From a virus: a DNA stretch of 39,862 bases. Of the stretch, positions 17,850 through 26,588 are shown one piece after another. The stretch lies in the IMG/VR virus record IMGVR_UViG_3300045988_132723; one strand, given 5' to 3'. The translations under genes were made by a program, and so were the position numbers. Within the stretch, counting starts at the first letter, position 1, and each line of letters opens with the position of its first letter. Below the pieces are notes generated by a model that was not told the origin of the DNA, ran no database searches, and was given only the letters and a program-made list of their open reading frames with translations.

Positions 17850-18049
17850 AAAAGGTAAAAACAGGGTAAAAATAGGGGTATGGTAAAGTAAAAAATAATG
17901 TGGTAGTATGGTAGCATATGAAATAAGTTTAGATGACTTGGCTATAAGAAGTTAATCCTTCTTGGCTATCTGAGGGTGTGATAATTCCTCCCTTACTTAA
18001 ATATAATTCAGTAGTTCAAGACTCTACTCTAAAAAAGTCTTAATCTTAT

Positions 18050-18120
18050 GGGGCATTAGCTCAATGAGTAGAGCACAGTCAATGATCTGAAGGTTATTGG
18101 TGCAAATCCAATACGCCCCT
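18050..18120 (+). ncRNA. 71-nt tRNA-like element, degenerate/truncated tRNA
   Basis: Acceptor GGGGCAT/ACGCCCC (one mismatch), D-arm GCTC/GAGC, T-arm ATTGG-TGCAAAT-CCAAT; anticodon arm reduced to about CAG/CTG. Confidence 0.6.
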
Positions 18121-18136
18121 TCTAAATAATTACATC

Positions 18137-18194
18137 AATACTTCTGTGGTTCTTAAGTGAACAAGCTAAGGCTTTTACAGAAGTATTTTTTATT
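18137..18194 (+). ncRNA. three-way-junction RNA with 3' T-run (terminator or structured leader)
   Basis: 11-bp stem AATACTTCTGT(18137-18147)/ACAGAAGTATT(18177-18187); inner GTTC/GAAC and AAGC/GCTT hairpins; T-run follows. Confidence 0.6.
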
Positions 18195-18216
18195 TATAAA
18201 AATTGGAGGTGATGTA

Positions 18217-18612
18217 GTGTTGAAATTAAATGCAAGACAAAAGGCTTTTTGTGAATACTATGTAGCTAGTGGCAATGCTACTGAGGCTTCAATAAAAGCT
18301 GGATATAAAGAAAAGTATGCAGGAGTAAATGCTGATAAATTACTAAAAAATACTAATATTCAAAAATATATTGAAGAACTACAAGAAAAAGCAAAAGGAA
18401 ATAGGATTATGACAGCTATAGAAAGAAGGGAATTCTTAACAAGTATGATAAAAGATGGAGCTGTTAAAGATACTGATAGACTGAAGGCATTAGATATATT
18501 AAATAAAATGGATGGAGAGTATACTCAAAAGGTTGAGGTAAATGGCAATATAAACTCCAATCCATTTTCTAACCTTACAACAGAGGAGTTAAAGAAAATT
18601 ATAAAAGATTAA
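18217..18612 (+). CDS. terS: terminase small subunit (likely GTG start 18217)
   Basis: 'LNARQKAFCEYYVASGNATEASIKAGYK'; strong RBS GGAGGTGAT before GTG 18217; the track start at 18157 lies inside the hairpin. Confidence 0.8.
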   Translation: MLKLNARQKAFCEYYVASGNATEASIKAGYKEKYAGVNADKLLKNTNIQKYIEELQEKAKGNRIMTAIERREFLTSMIKDGAVKDTDRLKALDILNKMDGEYTQKVEVNGNINSNPFSNLTTEELKKIIKD

Positions 18613-18626
18613 GTATGAAAAATTCT

Positions 18627-19380
18627 TTAGTTCCATGAGTCTTTTATACAAACTTTTCTAAAAGCTAATCCAAAAGGAGTTAATTTAAAACAAAAATTTC
18701 TAGTTTCAATATTGTATGATTGTTTTAATTTAGAAACTATTTCTGAATTTTTAAATTCTTCATAAAAAATATCAAAACTAATATATTCATTATATTTTAT
18801 TTGGATCAATCCTAATCTCTCTAAATTATTAATTGAAATCTCATTTAAAATATAATCTTGGAAATAATAATTCTTATAAAATAATTCTATTAGAATTTCA
18901 AGACTTTCATCTTGATTTCTTTTAATGACAGACATAGCAGGATTTCCTCCATGATGAAAAAAAAGTTTTGAAAAGTTTAGCATCATAAGGAGTAAGTTGT
19001 TTTATGATTTCAACAAAGCTATTTTGGATACTGGTGTTATAATCACTATCCATTGAAGCAGCTATAAGATTAGAGAACATTTCTCTTATTTCCTCTTCTT
19101 CAATATAAAATTTAGAAGCTTCTAAGGTTGGGCCTAATATACTCATTTTAGGTTCTTGGAGATTTTTATCAGGAATTTTAGAAATTTTTTCAGCTACTGA
19201 AGGAATAAATTTTTCTTCTATAATCAATCTCCTTTTCTCAGACCATGAATGGATACAATGACCAATTGCACCATTCCATAAGTCAACTAAACTATTAACA
19301 ATACCAACCGAAGCTGCTTTTACAGTTAATGTTGTTGCACCTGAGATAAGTATAGTTGTAATTGTTTGTTGATCTAACAT
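18627..19380 (-). pseudogene. DUF4393/Abi-alpha-like gene split by one base in a T8 tract
   Basis: ORFs 18922-19380 and 18627-18986 join at A8 on plus strand (18957-18964) to give about 250 aa: '..SILGPTLEASKFYIEEEEIREMFSNLIAASMDSD..SFVEIIKQLTPYDAKLFKTFF|HHGGNPAMSVIKRN..FKLTPFGLAFRKVCI'. Confidence 0.75.
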
Positions 19381-19413
19381 ATTATCACCTCAAAAATTTT
19401 TTAAATAATATAC

Positions 19414-19442
19414 ATTGTATCAAAGGAGAATAAAAATGTTAA
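19414..19442 (-). promoter_or_regulatory. minus-strand promoter TTAACA-17-TACAAT for the DUF4393-like gene
   Basis: Plus strand ATTGTA 19414-19419 and TGTTAA 19437-19442. Confidence 0.5.
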
Positions 19443-19513
19443 GAATAATTTTAATTAGTATCATAACATCATATTTGGTAGTGAAAATATGTGATTTTTT
19501 TAGTAAAAAATAA
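19436..19513 (+). CDS. 25-aa hydrophobic peptide, not in track
   Basis: RBS AAAGGAGA; MLRIILISIITSYLVVKICDFFSKK. Confidence 0.35.
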   Translation: MLRIILISIITSYLVVKICDFFSKK

Positions 19514-19525
19514 GGAGAATATATA

Positions 19526-20923
19526 ATGACTTATGATAAAGAATTAATAAAATTAGAAGCTAAAAAAGAATTAGCTAGGAGAGATTTTTGGCATTATTGT
19601 AAATTACTAGGAAAAAAAGATTTTTACAATGATAAAAAAGAATATTTAAAAGATTTATGTAATCAGTTGCAAAGTTTTATTGATTCTAATAAAAAGATAT
19701 TAGTTATTAATATGCCTCCAAGATTTGGAAAATCTTATACAGCAACCTTATTTGTTCAGTGGCTACTAGGAAGAAATAATAAGTTAAAAATTATGACAGG
19801 ATCATATAATGAAACTCTTTCTTCTACATTTGCTAAGCAAGTAAGAGATATGATAGCAACAGAACAGACACAAGGGGTAACAGTTTATAGAGATATATTC
19901 CCAGATACAAAAATAAAGTATGGAGAAGCCTCAATGAACAAGTGGGCTTTGGAAGGAAGTCAAGTAGCAAACTATTTAGCTACATCTCCAACAGGAACTG
20001 CAACAGGATTTGGAGCAGATTTAATAGTTATAGATGACTTAATAAAAAACTCTGAGGAAGCATATAACTCTAATGTACTTGAAAAGCATATTGATTGGTT
20101 TACTAATACAATGTTATCAAGAACAGAAAAAGGGTTTAAATTAATAATTATAATGACCAGGTGGGCAAGTAATGACCTAGCTGGTTTTATTTTATCTAAT
20201 TATGATGATGTAGTTCATATAAATTATAAAGCTATCAATGATGATGGAACTCCACTTGATGAAGGAACATTATCACTTGAGGATTTTGAGTTTAAAACTA
20301 AGAATATGGCAAAAGAAATTGTATATGCCAACTATCAACAAGAACCAATAGACATTAAGGGTAGATTATATAGTGAATTTAAAACTTATGTAGATTTACC
20401 AAAAGAAAAGATTGTTAAAATATCTGCCTATTGTGATACAGCAGATACTGGAGAAGATTTTCTATGCAATATCATTTATGCAGATTGCAATGATAGTGCT
20501 TATATTTTAGATGTTATCTATACAAAAGAAGCTATGGAAATAACAGAACCTATGGTTGCAGAAGCATATAAGAAGTTTAATGTAAATGTTGCAGATATAG
20601 AATCAAATAATGGAGGTAGAGCATTCGCAAGAAATGTTGAAAGAATTACAAGAGACAAGGGAAATTACAAGACAGTTGTTAAATGGTTCCATCAATCTGG
20701 AAATAAAATAGCAAGAATATTATCAAATAGTGCTTGGGTAAATAATAATATCTATATGCCTGTTGATTGGAAAAATAAATGGTCAGAATTTACAAAAGAT
20801 ATTATTTCTTACCAAAAAGAAGGTAAGAACAAGCATGATGATGGACCAGATGCTTTAACTGGTATTGCTGAAAAGATGAGTATAGGAGCAGGGATTGGAA
20901 TTTTAAGAGGAGTAACTTTATGA
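19526..20923 (+). CDS. terL: terminase large subunit
   Basis: 'VINMPPRFGKSYTATLFVQWLLG', 'LIVIDDLIKNSEEAYN', C-terminal nuclease 'CDTADTG'. Confidence 0.95.
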   Translation: MTYDKELIKLEAKKELARRDFWHYCKLLGKKDFYNDKKEYLKDLCNQLQSFIDSNKKILVINMPPRFGKSYTATLFVQWLLGRNNKLKIMTGSYNETLSSTFAKQVRDMIATEQTQGVTVYRDIFPDTKIKYGEASMNKWALEGSQVANYLATSPTGTATGFGADLIVIDDLIKNSEEAYNSNVLEKHIDWFTNTMLSRTEKGFKLIIIMTRWASNDLAGFILSNYDDVVHINYKAINDDGTPLDEGTLSLEDFEFKTKNMAKEIVYANYQQEPIDIKGRLYSEFKTYVDLPKEKIVKISAYCDTADTGEDFLCNIIYADCNDSAYILDVIYTKEAMEITEPMVAEAYKKFNVNVADIESNNGGRAFARNVERITRDKGNYKTVVKWFHQSGNKIARILSNSAWVNNNIYMPVDWKNKWSEFTKDIISYQKEGKNKHDDGPDALTGIAEKMSIGAGIGILRGVTL

Positions 20924-22230
20924 TAGATATTGAGAAAAGAATAAAAAAAATGTTAGAAGAACAGAGTTCAAGAAATTCAAATTTCAAGAAAGATTGGGAA
21001 AGATATAAAACAAAAAAAGTAACTATATTTGAAAGAATTTTACCGAGAGCTCAAAAAATCAATAATAAAATAAACCATGATTATGTTGGAGTAATTATAA
21101 ATACTAAGGTAGGACATTTTTTAGGAAACCCTGTTTCAATAAGTTTAGATACTGATAATGATAAAAGTGATGAGTTATTAAAATTTAGAAGATACACTGC
21201 ATTTGATAGAGTTATAGTTGAACTTGGAGTACAAGCAGCAGTATTTGGATATGGTTGTTGCCTAGCTTATATAGATGATAAAAGTAAATTTGACTTCATA
21301 GAAGTAGACCCTTGGAATTGCTACTTTGATGAATACAATAAAGATTTTGCATTTAGAGTAATACCTGCTAAAAATGAAAATGGAGATGATATAGAAGTTG
21401 TTGAAGCTTATGACAAACAAAAAAGATATTATTATCAAAAAAAAGATTCTTCACTAACTCCTATATCTGAATTTAACGGAAGTAAAAGTAATGTAAATCA
21501 TTTATTTAATGATGTTCCTTTATTTAAGTTTAAAAATAATAAAGAAGAAATATCAGAAACATATAGAGTTAGAAATATAATTGAAGTAGTAGATAAAATG
21601 TATTCTGATTTAGCATCTGAATTAGAACAATTTAGAATGGCATATATAAAATTTAAAGGTTGTTCTCCAACACAGGAAATGATTGATGGAATGATTCAAG
21701 TTGGAGCCATATCATTACAAGAAAAAGATGCAGATGTAGATTTTATTACAAAGCAAATAAATATAGCAGGAACATTAGAAGCCATAGATAAAGAAGTTGA
21801 TAACATATTTAAGTTTGCTCAATCTTATGACTCACAAAAAAATAGAGAGGGTTATGGTCAACTAACAAATTTAGGTATTCATTTCTTATTAGCACCTTTG
21901 AATAATAATTGTAAAAAGACTATTCACTATTTTAAAGAATCTTTATATAAATTATTTGATTTCTATTCACAAACAAGTGAAGGAAGCTGGTTAGACCCTT
22001 TAACTATGAATTTTAACTTTACTTTAGATACTCCAAGAAATATTTTAGAGGAAAGCCAAGTACAAAGAAATTTAGAAGGTTTAGTATCAACAGAAACAAG
22101 ATTAAAATTAGCAACCTTTGTAGATGATCCTTTAGTTGAAATTGAAAGAATGAAAGAAGAAGAAAATTTAAAAGATAATTATGATGGATTAGATAAAGAA
22201 GTTGATGTAGATGAGTCAAAAGAACAATGA
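20920..22230 (+). CDS. SPP1 gp6-like portal protein
   Basis: Position after terL, ATGA overlap; 'NKINHDYVGVIINTKVGHFLGNPVSISLD'. Confidence 0.9.
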   Translation: MIDIEKRIKKMLEEQSSRNSNFKKDWERYKTKKVTIFERILPRAQKINNKINHDYVGVIINTKVGHFLGNPVSISLDTDNDKSDELLKFRRYTAFDRVIVELGVQAAVFGYGCCLAYIDDKSKFDFIEVDPWNCYFDEYNKDFAFRVIPAKNENGDDIEVVEAYDKQKRYYYQKKDSSLTPISEFNGSKSNVNHLFNDVPLFKFKNNKEEISETYRVRNIIEVVDKMYSDLASELEQFRMAYIKFKGCSPTQEMIDGMIQVGAISLQEKDADVDFITKQINIAGTLEAIDKEVDNIFKFAQSYDSQKNREGYGQLTNLGIHFLLAPLNNNCKKTIHYFKESLYKLFDFYSQTSEGSWLDPLTMNFNFTLDTPRNILEESQVQRNLEGLVSTETRLKLATFVDDPLVEIERMKEEENLKDNYDGLDKEVDVDESKEQ

Positions 22231-24019
22231 CTATTTCATAAAAAGATTTATTAAACAAGAAAATGAAGTTCATAAGATGTCTGAAAAGAAGTTAGGACAA
22301 TTGAAAGCTATATATAGAGAAGCTAGGAAAGAATTAGAAACTGACCTAGCTTTTTTTATTGAAAGATATGCAACAAAAAATGAATTTGATGCTGCTGATT
22401 TACAAAGAATGCTGAATATTACAGAAAAAGCTAAATTTAGATATACAATCAAAGGTTATGTTAAGGAAATTGAAAGATTAGGAATAGATACAAAAGAAGC
22501 TAAAGCATTAAAAAAAGAATTGGATATAATGGCTGGAAGAACTAGAGTGAGTAGAAAGCAAGAGCTTTTAACAGGGATTAATTATCTTCTAGGTAAAGCT
22601 GGAATAAAAAGTACAGAAGTAATTAAAAATCATTTAATAGGAGTGGTTGACTATGTAAGTAAAAATACATCAGCAATTATAGGAAATAGTTTAGCAAAAT
22701 TTGACCCAAAGTTAATTGAAAGAATAGTTAATCAAAAATGGAATAGTGAAAATTACTCTGATAGAGTATGGAAAAATAGAACAGGTTTAGCTAGAAAAGT
22801 TATGAAAAATATAACAGTAGGAATAAGTCAAGGACATGAATTTAAAAGAATGTCAGAGAAATTATCTAAGGATATGAATGTTGGATACTATGAGGCAAGA
22901 AGAATAATAGAAACTGAAACGACAGGAGCTTTAGAAAATGCAAAAAAACAAGTTTATAAAGAAATGGGAATAACGAAGTATAGATTTATAGCCACTATTG
23001 ATGATAGAACTTCTAAAATATGTAGAGCATTAAATGGAAAAGTGTTTGATTTAAAAGATAGGCAAATAGGAGTAAATTGTCCTTTTATGCATCCATTTTG
23101 CAGGTCAGTAACTGTTCCTGTTGTTGATAGAGAAGCCTTAGAAAAGAAAAAACAAGAAATAAGGGAAAGAGAGAAAAAAGGCTTTGAAAAAAATAGTAAA
23201 AGTAGTAGAATAGAAAAAATAGAAGTAGTAAAAACACCTTTAACTTTAGAAAAATTTAACAAATATTCTAAAAATTGGAAAAATGAAGTAATTGATAAGA
23301 TATTAACAGAAAAAGAACAAAACTTAATAAGAAAAAAAATAAAAAATGTTGAAGAAAATAGTGCTTTTTTGATGAGGTATAAAGATGAAAACTTTGAAAG
23401 TTTAACAAAAACAAATAATTTTATGAATCTTTTTGAAACTGGTTATAGCAGTGGAGTTCCCAATACAAATGCTCGTATGATAGCTAGTAAGAATTTATTT
23501 GGGCATAATTTAGATAAAGAATCTTTTATTTCTTCTGAAAAATATGGTTATTTATCAAGTAAAGATTTTCTTAAAGATATAGAATTTTTCTCAAAAATAC
23601 ATGGGACATCACAATATGGTGGCATAATAATAAAGTTCAATAAGGAGAAAATAAAAGAAAGAGCAACTTATACTTTAGATGACAGCCTTTTAGCTGGAGC
23701 TACTAAAGCAGTTGTGGCTGGAGATTTTAATAAAAATTTATCACTAGGTATTGATAAATATAACTTAAAAAAATATTATGGAGTTTTAAAAAATTTATCA
23801 GAAAGCAATGATGCTATCTCTTTAACTAAAGCGATTAAAAAAGAAAATGGATTCTTTAGATACATAGAATTACAATATCATGGTGATATTACTTTAGATG
23901 ATGTTAATGAGATTTGTTTTACTAAGGATTTACCAAAAGAAGATATAATAAAGATATTAAAAGATAAAAATATAAAATTATTTAGATTGGAGGATGGAAA
24001 AATTGTTGAAATATTCTAA
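22211..24019 (+). CDS. MuF/SPP1 gp7-like minor head protein with C-terminal DUF3626/ART-like domain, candidate MuF polymorphic toxin
   Basis: MuF region 'YYEARRIIETETTGALENAKKQVYKEMGITKYRFIATIDDRTSKICRALNGKVFDLKDRQIGVNCPFMHPFCRSVTVP'; C-terminal 'YGYLSSKDFLKDIEFFSKIHGTSQYGGIIIKFNKEKIKERATYTLDDSLLAG...RYIELQYHGDITLDDVNEI'. Confidence 0.8.
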   Translation: MSQKNNDYFIKRFIKQENEVHKMSEKKLGQLKAIYREARKELETDLAFFIERYATKNEFDAADLQRMLNITEKAKFRYTIKGYVKEIERLGIDTKEAKALKKELDIMAGRTRVSRKQELLTGINYLLGKAGIKSTEVIKNHLIGVVDYVSKNTSAIIGNSLAKFDPKLIERIVNQKWNSENYSDRVWKNRTGLARKVMKNITVGISQGHEFKRMSEKLSKDMNVGYYEARRIIETETTGALENAKKQVYKEMGITKYRFIATIDDRTSKICRALNGKVFDLKDRQIGVNCPFMHPFCRSVTVPVVDREALEKKKQEIREREKKGFEKNSKSSRIEKIEVVKTPLTLEKFNKYSKNWKNEVIDKILTEKEQNLIRKKIKNVEENSAFLMRYKDENFESLTKTNNFMNLFETGYSSGVPNTNARMIASKNLFGHNLDKESFISSEKYGYLSSKDFLKDIEFFSKIHGTSQYGGIIIKFNKEKIKERATYTLDDSLLAGATKAVVAGDFNKNLSLGIDKYNLKKYYGVLKNLSESNDAISLTKAIKKENGFFRYIELQYHGDITLDDVNEICFTKDLPKEDIIKILKDKNIKLFRLEDGKIVEIF

Positions 24020-24314
24020 ATTTAAAAAAGCTTTATTTGGTTGGAGTGAATTTGTTTTTGTTGAATTAGAAGATGGTATGGGAGCAGATGTAGATATTAA
24101 AAACAAACATGTAGAATTAAGACCTTTTGCAGATATTAGAGTTTATTTGCTTTATACTGGAGAACTTCAAAAACCTACAGAAGAAGATATAGAAAAAGCA
24201 AAAGAAATTTTAGAAAAACCAAACAGTGTAGAAAAAGGAATTTTTTATGATGAATTTTATGATACAAATTCTGATGTCTATAAAGATGTTCAAAAAGGAA
24301 TAAGAGTTATTTAA
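23994..24314 (+). CDS. small acidic protein, candidate immunity partner
   Basis: Overlaps the 3' end of the MuF gene by up to 26 nt; GGAGG abuts ATG 23994, so TTG 24003/24006 may be the real start; followed by terminator. Confidence 0.65.
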   Translation: MEKLLKYSKFKKALFGWSEFVFVELEDGMGADVDIKNKHVELRPFADIRVYLLYTGELQKPTEEDIEKAKEILEKPNSVEKGIFYDEFYDTNSDVYKDVQKGIRVI

Positions 24315-24340
24315 GAGAGTTAAAAGCTCTCTTTTATTTT
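24313..24340 (+). terminator. intrinsic terminator AGAGAG-TTAAAAG-CTCTCT-TTTATTTT
   Basis: Stem-loop and T-run. Confidence 0.65.
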
Positions 24341-24410
24341 TATAAATAATCAACAAGAGAGGTGAACTCATAGAGAGGGCAACTCTTTTTTAATTTATAG
24401 GAGGTATAAA

Positions 24411-24947
24411 ATGGCAGAAGAAACTAAAGTAGGGGAAGTTGAAAAAACAACGGCAACTACAAAAGAAATAACATTAGATGAGGTACTAGCTAATAAAGAA
24501 ATTATGGAGAGTATCTTAAAAAGCGATGTTGTAGCAAAGCTTATTCAAGGAGAAGTTGATAAGGTTAGAACAAAAGCAAGTCAAGAAGGAAAAGAAAAAG
24601 AAAGTGAATTTGCTAAATATAAATCAGAAACAGATTTAAAGATAGCAGAACTTACTGCTTTTCAAAAGAATTATTTTAGAACAGAAGTTTTAAGAAAATC
24701 AGGACTTGAAACTGACCTTTGGGATTATGTGAAAGGAGATACAGAGGAAGAAATAAAAAAAGCAGCAAATGAACTAAAGAAATTAATAGCAAAAAAAGCA
24801 GAAGAAACAGTTGGAGCAAAAGTACATACTGGAACTTCTTATGCTGGACTTACAAAGGAACAATTTGGCAAAATGACTTATACAGAAAAAGCAGAATTAT
24901 ATCAAAAAGATAGAGAAACTTATGAAAAATTAATGAGAGGAGAATAA
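24411..24947 (+). CDS. capsid scaffold protein
   Basis: Glu/Lys-rich coiled coil between portal/MuF and capsid genes. Confidence 0.8.
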   Translation: MAEETKVGEVEKTTATTKEITLDEVLANKEIMESILKSDVVAKLIQGEVDKVRTKASQEGKEKESEFAKYKSETDLKIAELTAFQKNYFRTEVLRKSGLETDLWDYVKGDTEEEIKKAANELKKLIAKKAEETVGAKVHTGTSYAGLTKEQFGKMTYTEKAELYQKDRETYEKLMRGE

Positions 24948-24950
24948 AAT

Positions 24951-25799
24951 ATGGCAAATGAAACTAAATTAGAAAATTTAATAGTACCAGAAGTTATGGC
25001 AGATATGATAAGACAAGAATTACCTCATAAATTGGTGTTTGGACCATTATTAACAATAGATAACAGATTGGAAGGAATGCCAGGTAATGTATTAACAGTT
25101 CCTAAATGGGGATTAATAGGAATAGCAGAAGATGTTGGAGAGTTGGAAGCAATACCTTATGAAAAATTAGCTACTTCAAAAGCTACTATGACAATAAAGA
25201 AAATAGGAAAAGGAGTTAAATTTTCAGATGAAGCATTATTATCAGGATATGGAGACCCTTTAGGAGAAGGTACTGCACAGTTAGCTATATCTGTTGCAAG
25301 AAAAATAGATGCTGATACTTTAGTTGAATTAAAGAAAGCTAAATTAAAATATAACAGAAAATCAGTTGAGTTATCTTATGAAGTTTTAGCAGATGCTTTA
25401 ACTAAGTTTGGGGAAAAAATGGATATACCAAGAGTAATGTTTATAACTCCAGACCAATATGCACAATTAAGAAAAGACAAAAATTTCTTAGCTTTAAAAG
25501 ATATTGCAGGTAAACCTTTAATGATGTCAGGAGTTATAGGAGAACTTTGTGGAGTACAATTAGTAGTTACAGCTAATCCTGAGATAACTACTACTAATGA
25601 AGTACAAAATTTAATAGTTGAATCTGGAGCTGCAGCATTATTATTAAAGAGAAGTCCACAAGTGGAAAAAGAAAGAGATATTGACCATAAAGCAACAAAA
25701 GTTAATATAGACCAACATTATGGAATCTACATAAAAGATGATACAAAAGTATTGTTATTGACAACAAAGAAACCTGAAATAACAGCTAGTGAAGAATAA
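24951..25799 (+). CDS. N4-gp56-like major capsid protein
   Basis: 'LVFGPLLTIDNRLEGMPGNVLTVPKWGLIGIAEDVGE..EAIPYEKLATSKATMTIKKIGKGVKFSDEALLSG'. Confidence 0.85.
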   Translation: MANETKLENLIVPEVMADMIRQELPHKLVFGPLLTIDNRLEGMPGNVLTVPKWGLIGIAEDVGELEAIPYEKLATSKATMTIKKIGKGVKFSDEALLSGYGDPLGEGTAQLAISVARKIDADTLVELKKAKLKYNRKSVELSYEVLADALTKFGEKMDIPRVMFITPDQYAQLRKDKNFLALKDIAGKPLMMSGVIGELCGVQLVVTANPEITTTNEVQNLIVESGAAALLLKRSPQVEKERDIDHKATKVNIDQHYGIYIKDDTKVLLLTTKKPEITASEE

Positions 25800-25815
25800 A
25801 AGGAGATAAAAGGGA

Positions 25816-26247
25816 ATGGCTATTAAACTAAAATTTTCTATATATAATAAAGCAGAAGATAAAATAAAAGAAATTTTAGAACTTGAAGTGAATGCTAAAT
25901 TAAATGAAATAGAAGAAGCCGTCGTTCCCTTGACTCCTGTTGGAAAATCTAAAAAAGGTTATACAGGTGGGAGATTAAAAAAAGGTTGGGCTATTATTCC
26001 AGCTAAATTAAATGGAAGAAAAATTGTAGGATATATCTATAATTCTGTAGAATATGCAGGACATGTTAATTATGGACATAGAACAAGATTAGGAACTTCT
26101 GAAATAAAACGTGGAGCTAAATCAAAAGCATTTGGTAAACACTATATTGAAGGAGTATATTTTGTTGAAGAAGCCTTAATAAAAGTAGGATTAAGAAAAA
26201 GATTAGTAAAGAAAAAAGCTTTTTACAATGCTAGGAGGATTAAATAA
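25816..26247 (+). CDS. HK97 gp10-like head-tail protein
   Basis: 'EAVVPLTPVGKSKKGYTGGRLKKGW..YNSVEYAGHVNYGHR'. Confidence 0.75.
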   Translation: MAIKLKFSIYNKAEDKIKEILELEVNAKLNEIEEAVVPLTPVGKSKKGYTGGRLKKGWAIIPAKLNGRKIVGYIYNSVEYAGHVNYGHRTRLGTSEIKRGAKSKAFGKHYIEGVYFVEEALIKVGLRKRLVKKKAFYNARRIK

Positions 26248-26588
26248 TGTATAATATCCCTCAATCTTTACTTGATAGAGTAAAAAGAGCAATGAAAATG
26301 GAAGAAGAAGATTTTAAGACTTATTTATCTTCATTAGAAACTGAAGCAGGAGTTTATGTTAAAAATTTATTATATATAGATTTTAATAGTTTAGATGAAG
26401 AAAATAGAAAGATTTTTATTTCATTCTATTTACAATATGCCTTATATTCTAAGATAGAAAAAGATGAAATTTCACAAGATAAGTTAGATTTTTTACACAC
26501 TTATATAAATGGATTTAATGAAAGAGTTGAAAAATTAGAAAAGGATAAAATAAATAAACAGACTGGGGGAGGTGTTGTATTTTTGTGA
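26247..26588 (+). CDS. head-tail connector-like hypothetical
   Basis: Synteny. Confidence 0.5.
   Translation: MYNIPQSLLDRVKRAMKMEEEDFKTYLSSLETEAGVYVKNLLYIDFNSLDEENRKIFISFYLQYALYSKIEKDEISQDKLDFLHTYINGFNERVEKLEKDKINKQTGGGVVFL

Noticed and set aside
18005-18045. Possible second tRNA (AGTAGTTCAAGACTCTACT resembles a T-arm)
   Set aside because: Stem pairing is poor with a 7-nt loop and no acceptor or D-arm could be built around it.
18157-18216. Upstream N-terminal extension of the terS ORF (MNKLRLLQKYFLFIKIGG..)
   Set aside because: Falls in the structured hairpin and T-run; the strong RBS supports the GTG start at 18217.
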